Part shown: piece by piece, positions 53,701 through 64,000 of the stretch
How the letters are laid out: the number at the start of each line of letters is the position of its first letter
How positions within the stretch are numbered: position 1 is the stretch's first letter
Assembly: GCA_000165425.1 (NCBI GenBank)
Contig: CT868670.1
Location: 124,001 to 188,000, forward strand
From: Paramecium tetraurelia
Taxonomy: Eukaryota
Direction of reading: 5' to 3'
DNA length: 64,000 nt
Notes under the pieces: model-generated
What the model was told of the DNA's origin: nothing
The model's database searches: none
Seen by the model: the letters and a program-made list of their open reading frames with translations, nothing else
Translations under genes and position numbers: made by a program

Positions 53701-56099
53701 GAAGATAAAGTATTATTTTTCTTTCTTGTTGGAGGAGTCATTGGAGTTTTAGGAGATATTATAACTGATTCACCTGAATAGGGGCTTAAGTCTTCTTCTT
53801 CAATAACTTTATCTTAAAATGCAATCTTAAATGATTGAGACCTGAGATCTGCCCAGTAATTTTTGGGTGAAGATCCTTTTTATTTTAAAACAGGAGAATG
53901 TAATTCAATAGCTATGGATAATGATTTCATTAATTTTTAATTTCTGACATTAGAATTCTTAATACTTATGTAACCATTTCCAATTTGAGATGGAGTAAAT
54001 GCTCTCTTTATCATTTTTCTTCTTTCTTCTATTTATTGATATAGAGCTACCTAATTTTCAAGGATTTAATCAGACAATGTTACTCGTCTGAATTTGGATC
54101 CATTTTCTGTTTTCATATGTAGAAAGTTACTGATAAATAACTAATTGACATGATTAGAGATGCTCTGACATCCCTTTTTTAACATATCCTATCTCAAAAT
54201 AGTTTATTTTGTTAATATACACTAAGTGGTTGCTCTCAATGATTGGTTATAATTAATCCCATGAGATGAAAAGTACACGTGAATTAATTATGAAACCATT
54301 TCAATACTTGAGAATATGTTCTCAAAATCTTTGGCTATGTTATGAATATTTTTAAGATGTAATCGAATATCATAAAGTCGACTGAACACTTCTATCTAAA
54401 TAGTCAACACAAATATAGCATTGGTGCCATCTATACTATTACTCCAAATTTCTATGATTTGATGATATTTTGGATATTCTTTATATAGTTTAAGGATGTC
54501 AGGATGAATTTAGGATTTCTTTGCCTTCAATCTTTTAAATACTACCCATGAAATGTTTCTGATCTTCCAATTAATGGCATTTATTTATCTGATCGGAGAA
54601 AATATCATCCAAGTTTTAAGTGATCCTTAGTCAATCACTTGACAGATATGAAGTATTGATTTTATTTTAGCTATCTTTTCTTCAATCTAAATATTTTTTG
54701 TTGCTCCTAATTCAAAGATGAGATTGGAGAAGTTTTATTTAGCAACACTCTTTTTCATCAATTCCTCTTTCTTCTGAGCCTTTTGTTTTTGGACAAAGTT
54801 TCTAAAATTCTTTATAATCATTCTTAATGCATCTTCTTATTAAATATCATACAAACAATCTATTCTATTACGTAAATATTCAAAATCGATTTAATGTCTA
54901 CTCCTTTCATTGCTAGTATTAAGACTATAATAAGATTGGCCAATTCTAGGTGAGAAATTGAATTCAAATTCTTTTTACCCTTTATTTTAATCATTTATTG
55001 ATTCTGATGCATCTTCACTAATTTCACATTATATAGATTTTGAATCAAAAACTTTAAGATTCAAAGATTCTTTTATTTCTATTTTCTATTTTGAATTGCT
55101 TTTCACTAAATTGACTTAATGCATTTTTATTTAACTTTTCTTAAGAATGTTACCTCTGTTTAATTATTATTGAGATGAATTAGATTATTATTGATGATGA
55201 TGTTTTTATGGAGTAGGTTATGTTTTCAGAATCTTTTTCGAATGTTTCTGTCTACCAGTCAATGGGCGTGGTAACAATAATTCTGTCATAGTTCCTGAGA
55301 TCTAATTATCAACTAATGAATCAATTTTTAGAGATCCTTTTAATTCACTATTGGTTGTGTTTAAACGAAATTAAATATTTGATTTAGTGTTGAAATTGGA
55401 ATTTTACAATGGAACGAATAAATTGATTTTTTTGTCTGACACTCTAAACGAGGTTTCATTGAATTTTTATCTAATTTTCTTAGAAGGTTCAAAGGTTGAC
55501 TCTTATGTTGTTAATTTTTCTATTTCACTCAAATGAACTGTTTTTCCTTTAGTTTTATTGGTTACTTTTTTATTTTAATGGTTGTAATATTGAAATTCTA
55601 GGCCTTATTTAAAAATATCGAAATTCGGAATTGATTATAACTGTTAGAATTTAATTTTTCTTTGCCTTTCGTGATGCTCTGATTGATATAATTAAGTGAT
55701 TTTGTGATCAGGCCCAAAATATTCATTTGCTAAATTGAATGCCTATTCAATATGTTCAATCTTGTTTGATTATTTATAAAGCATATAATAGGTTTTAGCT
55801 TTTATTTGATTGATTTTTTGATCTTTCGAGTCTATTAATAATAAATCTTCAGCATTTAGAGATTATTTCAAATGATATTGGGCTTCTGCCAAAAAAAAAA
55901 ACAATGAACTTCTTGTGAATTGATCAATCTTCTATTTTATAATATTCGGCAACTTTTCAAATTGTTGTATATGATCCTAGATTAAGTCTATAATGGATTG
56001 CCATTCTTTATCTTTTCTATATTGCAAACAGAGAGGCAACGATTCCTAGAAGATTTGGGTATACTTTGCTATATAATCTTTGGATGTGAGACTTTTCAT
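50770..56099 (-). CDS. Very large hypothetical protein (~1750 aa) with TPR-like N-terminus and possible IQ-like motif
   Basis: Long code-6 frame; AFNLANEYFGPDHKIT (TPR-like), DALRMIIKNFRNF (IQ-like); intron near 53543-53570; middle not checked codon by codon. Confidence 0.65.
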
Positions 56100-57171
56100 T
56101 AAACAATATATATTATTTAATCAATTTAAAAGTGTAAGATTTCTCAACGCTTTTCTTACAGAAGGATATAGATCAGAGTAATAGATTCAATGCAAAGAAA
56201 AAGCCCTGTCTTCCACATTTTTGCAATTTATATTTGAGCAGTTTTACATATTGCAAGATTGTTCAAAACTAGACGTCTTGTTATTAAAACTAAATTATGA
56301 GATTTGATATAACTCACATCTTTGTTTGGATATTCCAACATGATATCAATACCCAAAAAATTCAAAGAATCTAAAATTGATGTATTAAATCTTAATAGTA
56401 TAAGCAAAATTAACATCCTCAATGTTTTCTTCAAATCAGGAAGGAACATGAGCATATCTTCAAATTTCTGATGCAAATGGGAGTATTTCTTCATTATCTT
56501 GATTTCTTTAATATAACCAAAATATGTCTATATTATTATTGTATTTCAAATGAACATTAATTTTAATCTAGGAATATAAATCGAACAATACAAATATATT
56601 TTACTGTTTATTTCTTACTCGTATTATTCATTATTATAAGGATATGGGAATCATTTATAGATTTTTAGTTTATTGATTATAAAATTATTTTAAATTATTT
56701 ATGATCAATACTCTACTCAAATAAGCCAGTTAAAAGTAAATGGTACACTTTATTTAGTTTGTAAAAAATATCAAAGTAGATGTTACCATTTCTCAAATTA
56801 TTGGTAGAAACACATGCAGACATTCTGCTAGTTCAGAATATGGATAATTAACATGGACAGAATATGGGATTGATAAATAAATTGATAAATCGAAGCGAGA
56901 TCTTCATATTGGAAATCCGAAAAATGCTATTAGAATTCGAAAAACAGAAAAAATTAAATTTTGATATATAAAAAAGAATAATCGAATCAAATTTTTAGGA
57001 ATTCGAATTAGAACATGAGAGTTCATTGGTTTAATTATTGAGGAAATAAGGATGGTTTATAGATATTTAAAATGCTTTAGATGACATTTATAATGAGAAG
57101 AGCATCAGTAAAATAGATAAGTTGATTGATGAAGCAGAAACACTTTGATTTATTATTAATTTCTATATAAA

Positions 57172-58362
57172 ATGTCACATAATAATGAATAACCTGGAAT
57201 ATACTATCTGGTTACTTGTTTTCAGGACGAATCATAAGGTGGGGCTTCCAATCTATACTGTTACACGTATGATATGATTGTTAGGAATAGGAACATTTTG
57301 GAAATATTGTGGGCATGGATTATATTGATTTCAGGATCAATCGTATTATTCAGAAGATATTAAAAACATAAGGATATCACTCGATACAATCGTAAATAGA
57401 TTATAGTTTCAATAATGGTTATCAATATTTGTGGTATGGAATTTTAATGATATGCAGCATATTTAACATATCAATGGTCATATGAAAGTGCCTTATTATA
57501 TTTTCCAGAGTATTACTTCTAATACATATTTTTCTGTTACACCATCTATTATTTTGGGAGAAAGTCAATAATTTTGGGAATGCTGAATATGAGAATGGAT
57601 GTTTCATATCAAGATATTGACCCAATTATTTAGCTTAAATTGTCCAAATTGTTTTGCATAGGATTATGTTCCTTTTTTACTATAATCTTCATAATGAATT
57701 ACATCCAATACTTCTTTGAGGTGAGTACTGATCATCCATATGACTTATGTTCTGGTAGATGAATAATATTTATAATAGCCAGCTTTTTTAATATAGTGAC
57801 AACAGTGGGCTTCTTCATGTAAGGTCTTTTCATTTTGTAAGTAAAGTAATTGTCGAGGTAAGTCTCCAAGAATTTGAGCGCTTAGAAATTGGATAATCCA
57901 ATGATGAAATTGAAGGAGTAGATTCAAAAGAATTAATCGTCTTTGTGGATTCTAGTGATCTTCTGTTTTTTTGGTTCATTTGCTAATTTCATGTAGAATG
58001 TCTATTTTGTCTCGATGCTTGCTAAATATAAAAACAAGGACGGTTACTTCTCTTGTTGGTATGTTAATGTAAAATATTATTTATTGAAAAGTTAAATAGC
58101 ACAATTTGGACTAATGGTATAAATGCACTAATAGGAACAACAATAAAGTTATTTGATTTCTTTTTACCCTACTTTTTAACTATCAAGATTTTTTGGTACA
58201 CTTCAAAAAAGAGTGAATAACAATAGTTGGTAATGCATTCCCTTGATATCTTCTTAGGAGACAACTAATTCTGATTAAAATGAGGTCGAAGTTTATGAAT
58301 TGTAACTGCCGAATAATTAATCATAATAAGGATCATCATAACACACTTAAGAAGAATAATGA
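57172..58362 (+). CDS. Multi-pass (probably 7TM, receptor-like) membrane protein
   Basis: Multiple hydrophobic helices, extracellular Cys, Q/E-rich tail; several tiny introns. Confidence 0.7.
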
Positions 58363-58485
58363 TTAATATTTATTATTATTTATTTTAATTTAATATAAAA
58401 TATATAATTATTGTCAGATCCTAATCAGAAATTCAATTATCTTTAGTATAAAATCAACTCATAATGTATTTAACAAAATATTAAA

Positions 58486-59685
58486 ATGAAAAAGTATTTA
58501 TAATGTGATAGTAAATTTTGGTCAATAACAATCGAAGAAAACGATGAAACAAAGTTATTCATCAGATATGGCAATTTGTGTGATTATGAAGAGTTGAATG
58601 TAAAAAAAGTGGAGAAGTAATTCCCATCAAAAGAAGAATGTTAGAAATATTGTGAAGAAGCATCCAAGACAAAAGAAGATAAGGGATATTAAGAAGTGGT
58701 GCCAGGCCAATAAATCTAATAATAAATACAAAAAAATGATTCACCCATTTAAAATCGTCCTGTATAAACTAAGTAGCAATAAAAACAAAGCAATGCTATT
58801 AAAAGAACTGGATCATTAAAGCCAGATACTATAGCAGCAATTACTGATGACGCTTTGAATGGAAGGTAATAAGCAATCAAAGGTCCAGCTGTTGATTTGG
58901 GAAAAGGTACAATTCCATTGGGGAAAGTGATGTTAGCATAAACATGGAATGAAGAAATTGATCCAAAGGGATATTATTTAAGTGAGAAATTGGATGGCAT
59001 GAGAATGATTTGGACTGGTTCGAAAATGTATTCAAGAAATGGCAATCCCATTCAATTTCCTGACTTTTTTGTATAAGGATGGCCCAAATCTTATTTGGAT
59101 GGAGAATTGTGGTTAGAGAGGGATCAATTTTCAAAATTGGTTTCTATTACCAAAAGATAAGTTCCAGTGGAAGATGATTGGAGAAAGGTGAAATACATGG
59201 TTTTTGATGCTCCTGGATTAAAACTACCTTTCAAAGATAGATATTTGAGATTTAAGTAGGCATGTGAATAAGCAAATTAATACATAGTTTATGTACCTCA
59301 TATAGTTTGCAAAGGGTATGATCATCTGATAGATGAACTAGAAGCTGTATAGGATTTGGAAGGAGAAGGGTTGATGTTAAGAGATCCAGACAGCACTTAT
59401 GAATAGAGAAGATCAGACAAATTGTTGAAGGTGAAAACATTTATGGATGATGAGGCTACTGTATTGGCTCATGAAGAAGGAACAGGGAGATGTTAAGGAA
59501 TGCTTGGGTCTCTGAAGGTTAAAAATACAAGTGGAATAGTGTTCAATATTGGATCAGGTCTGACTGATGATATCAGATAAAAACCACCGAAGATTGGTTC
59601 CAGGATCACGTATAAGTATTATGGAGTGTCTAAAAATAATGTGCCCAGATTTCCAATATATTTGAGAGAGAGACCAAAGGAGTGA
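58486..59685 (+). CDS. WGR-domain fused minimal ATP-dependent DNA ligase (LigE/kDNA-ligase-like), 399 aa, intronless
   Basis: WGR-like SKFWSI...IRYG...KEDKGY; VMLAQTW; motif I SEKLDGMR; YSRNG; LDGELW; YMVFDAP; EGLMLR; LLKVK; OB domain FNIGSGL...ITYKY...PRFPIYLRER. Confidence 0.93.
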
Positions 59686-59721
59686 TTTTATGTTTTTGTA
59701 TTAAATTACTAAATTAATATT

Positions 59722-61614
59722 ATGAATCAGGATTGTGTAGAATGCCAGAAGAAAGATCAAAAAATCAAAGAGTTGAAATAGAAGATTGCAGAGTTAGAGG
59801 AATAGATCGAAACCTTTGGACCTGAGTTTTCCTAAGTCAAAGGACTTGATGAAAATTCGCAAAAGCTTTTGAAGGAAAACATACAGAAAGCCATAGGAGA
59901 TTTGATTAATTAGGACCCAAAGCAAAAGTAAACTAGAAATGCATACTCTTAGACCAAATCAATTTAATGCTCCTTATTAAAGAACTTAAACAAGCAATTT
60001 GACTGAATTTTCAAGATAACTTAACATCGATGAATAACACACCTATCTTGGATAAAGATTTTTTGAACACTTTCTAATTATCGGACCTGACATTGAAGAA
60101 TTAAAATAAGTCAGTGAACACACAAATGAAGTCTTGGTGAAACCTAAAATTCTATATCAATTTCCTAATGTCAATTAACATCTTTAGTATAATCAATTTC
60201 CAGTATTTTAGTGATGTTGTTCCAATCTACACATTCCCTAATGGTATCTTAGCAAAAAGGTTAGAGGCATCATCTCAAAATTTCAATGACAAAGTATTAC
60301 CAGAATTAAAGCAAATTATTATGCAGACTCTCCAATTGACCAAGGGAGATAACGAATATTCAATAACCATTCCTAGAGAAGACATCTAAGAAAATAGTAG
60401 AATGACTGTAAGTTAATTTGTATAGGAGTCCAATCCAAATGTATTCAGGAACATCATTTGTTTTGAAATCAATGAATTCATTTGTTTGGATCCTAAAACA
60501 TATGGTTGTTGGTTATGTCCGATAGTCCATTGTTTTGTGAGCTATTACCCATTCATCAAATTCTTTTTGAAAGAAAATGCCAACATATGGAACCAATTAA
60601 AACTTGAAAGAATTGAACCCTGTCTTTGTGAGGCATCGAGTCATGAAGTGTTAAAGAGAGACTTCGTGTTCATGAAGAGCAAATTGAATACTATAATAGA
60701 TAGATTATTTGCCTTAAGAAGCATTTAAGTAACTTATGACTAGAAATATCAATTGAATGAAATATAAATTCAAACACCCAAAAAGGATAGTGCATAATAC
60801 TTATAATTTTTATGGGGTTGCGATTAGACATTCCAAACCTTGTCATTCAAAGAGTTGGTGTACTTAATCTCTCATGTTTTACTTTCTCAAAGAGTTATCC
60901 TATTTTCTAAAAAGAAATCAGTGCTATCTCATGTGATGTTAACAGTCATTTCCCTCATGCACCCTTTCAACTACAAATTGCCCTTCTGTATATTCATACC
61001 AGATGAATTGATTGATAGATTAGCAGCTCCTTGTCCCTATTTTTTTGGAGTCGTTGGAGAATATGACAACTATTCCTCAAGAATTGAAGAAGCCCAATAA
61101 GAGGACATTACAATGTTTGGTAATTTTTAACTCTATCTAAGATCTAAACACAAAGAGAGTGTTCTATTCAAAAAGTTAAAGTCGAGATTTGAAGAAATGC
61201 ATTGCTCCAATCAAAAGAAATTCGCATCTTAAATAATTATACAGTGTGATCAATAATTCCAGAGACAATGCTTTCAAATAAGTTGGGAAACACAAACCAC
61301 AAAAATTAGAGAAATCTGGCAGCTCTAATTAAATTTTTAAAGAGAATGAAAAATAGTATATGCAATTGCTTAAGGATATCGCAAAGTCATTCTAGACCTT
61401 TTGGCATTCCACAGTTACATAACACATACCAGTTGATAGGAAATTCATCAAGACTGGTAGTATGGCTGCATTGAATTTGCAATTGCTTTCGGAAGTCATG
61501 TTATCAAAATGTCCCAAAGATTCTAAACGATTCATCAAAGAACTAATTTAAAACCCAACATTTACAGGTTATTTGGATGAACTTTATGAAGTTATTTATT
61601 AATAAAATTAATGA
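59722..61614 (+). CDS. DENN-domain protein (Rab GEF-like)
   Basis: YTFPNG, CFVSYYPF, VLLSQRVILFSKKKSVLS, LMHPFNY...IFIP...LAAPCPYFFGV. Confidence 0.88.
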
Positions 61615-61674
61615 ATTAAATGTCAATTCTAATTAAAATGTTTATAGAAACTAAATATAAGAATAATTATATCA

Positions 61675-64000
61675 TCAAAAAATTTAGACTCCCTTTTACC
61701 TCAATTTATCAACCTTTGTATCTCTAATAGTCAGAAAAGTCATTACGAGTGTCAATTGTTTAAGTTCAGGCATAAGAGATCCAATTCCCATTTGAGTATC
61801 CTATTAAATTTCTTAATTATTAATTCGAACTCTAATTTGTTATTCTAGTCTTCTGGTCTTGTTATCCTCTGAACTATAAATAAAGTCCTCAGTGATCTAA
61901 ATCGATTAAGATTTGTATTAAATAGGAGCCTAACTAACATCTTATATAATCCTATTGACCATTTCTGCTATTGTGTTATTCTAAGAGACTTAACATACAA
62001 TTGGATTACACAACAACACAATATCAACACTTTACAAAAAGCAAATCAAATAAATATCAGTTCCAAGGACGATTGGTTTTATAAATTTAATTTCATGTTT
62101 ATATGTGTATCTTGATATCTTTTATGTAAGATCTAATTAGACTTGAGCTTGTTTTTTATCCTTTTTCGAAATCAATAATGGAACATGAGTAGTGGGAGAG
62201 AGTTGTTCTTACTCCATGAATTCTGCGAAACTCATACTCTTTAAGATGATATAAGTTTGATTGTCAACCTAAAAGCTCATTTGTTCTTTCAATGCTCCTA
62301 TTGGTACTATTGTTTATTTATAACTAATGTTATTATCAAATTAGATCAGTTCTTCTATTTTCATTTATTGTTACAAGGTTTAGATGTTCCCCTTTTTGTC
62401 CTTATATTTGATCTAAATGTTTTCTTGTTTACAATCCTCCAATTAAGCAAGGAAATCTAATAAAGCAGAAGTAGAATCATTTTTATTAAATAACTAAGAA
62501 GTGCATTAGGATTCATTGAGTACTTTGATTATGACTTCTCTTAGATTGTTGATTTATTCGATATCTGTTTCCAATTCATTCTGGAAATCCAAATAAACTT
62601 AAATATATTCCGTATTTTTAAACATTGAATTTTGCTATCTAAATTCCAAATTGTCATTTTAATAATAGATTTTAATTTAGTTATTATTAGTGTATTCTCT
62701 ATTAATGGTATCTAAAATTGGTTATCCCTTATCAAGTAGCAATATTTAATCGAATTCAATTATTTTATTAGAGTAGGTCTTAATAATGACTAATACTTTG
62801 TTGTCTACTATACTTTTATTTTCTTTAGAATTCTTGCCTCCTCCAATTTGAGGCATTAAATCTAATTTGATTTTATCAACTCCAAAATAATTGTTAATGA
62901 GTATTTGATCTTCGAAATTAGTAGAAAGTAACATTAATCCAAATAAGTAGATTTTATTAGCCAAATAGAATGACAGATTCTTTTGTGGTTGCATTTAAAT
63001 AACTGATTCCAAATTTGGTTTCAAATGTGATATTTTATACATTAATAAATGTAGATATTTTTTATCTACATTTATCTTTTCACTTAATTGATCAATGATC
63101 TATTGAACAGTTATTATTTTAGGAATAAGTAAAGGTGTTGTATATTAATCAAAGAATTCTTCAATGACATTTTAATCAATAGATTAATTTAAGGCAGATT
63201 TATGAAAAATGATACCTGTTTTCATTTGCTAACATTGATTCTGATTCAAATGATTGATAGTGAATATATTTGTTTAAATGAAGTGTCTTTATTCAAATTG
63301 GGTGTCATTATACAACTGCTCTTACTTCAGAATCCACTCTGGGAAAACCTTTGGACTTACTAGAATATCTGGTAAATTTGCTTTGATATAAACCAACATA
63401 TAAGCAGTTTCAGGATTATTCTTTTTTTTAGTGATGATTTCATCCAAATCTCCATCATAATCAGCTTGGGTATACTGTCCACCGAAGTTATTCTGGAATA
63501 CTTCTTATTTAGTAGCTCTGGTAACTATTTTATCATCGAATTTGAACCATTCTTAAGAGTTTTGGGTAGGTCTTATATAACAGTAATAATGACCATGGTT
63601 AATTGCTTCACCTCTATGTACTAAAACAGCGTACAGTTAATAGATCTCATCTACTTAATTGATTAAGTACTATTTGAAATTGATTTCATCATCATATTAG
63701 AAGTAATCATGAATCTTTGTAAATCCTTGTCCATCAAATTGATATCTCTTTAAATTTATGAGTAAAATTGGAGGCAATTTCTTAAATCTATGATATTTGA
63801 TTGCTTCCTGTTTACCATACACATCATGAGTATAAGCATCCAATTATTCAGATTAGATGAACAACTCAAGAGATTCATTCAGAGAATTGGTGATATTCAA
63901 AGAGATGTCCATAAACTATTCAGAATTTGAATTGTCAAACTTCTCATTCTTTATGTGATTCTCCAACTCTCCTTGAAATAGTTCATTAATGTCTTTCTCT
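61675..64000 (-). CDS. Ubiquitin-specific protease, USP7-like (5' part lies beyond the window)
   Basis: FMDISL, LPPILLINLKRY, YQLYAVLVHRG...GHYYCYIRP, WFKFDD, NNFGG, AYMLVY. Confidence 0.9.

Overview
This is gene-dense, very AT-rich eukaryotic DNA. It reads as a ciliate macronuclear chromosome segment, most likely Paramecium (inferred, not database-checked). Conserved proteins only read through if TAA/TAG = Gln and TGA is the sole stop (translation table 6), and genes carry tiny 22-31 nt GT..AG introns. The supplied standard-code ORF track therefore shows only fragments. Manual translation gives about 30 genes. Recognisable ones are Rab1, a CAMK-type kinase, PP2C, proline dehydrogenase, a type I DnaJ, TTC4/Cns1, RPS28, a MORN protein, a DENN protein, a partial USP7-like protease and two TauE/SafE paralogs. 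Less expected loci are an intronless WGR-domain plus minimal bacterial-type ATP-dependent DNA ligase, an STN1/RPA32-like OB-fold protein, a paralogous pair of degenerate histidine-kinase-like membrane proteins, a ~1800-aa secreted protein with six LamG/ConA-like repeats, and an internally duplicated protein with serpin-like module ends. No rRNA, tRNA, CRISPR array, transposon or telomere was recognised. Coordinates were derived by hand; starts and some intron boundaries are approximate.
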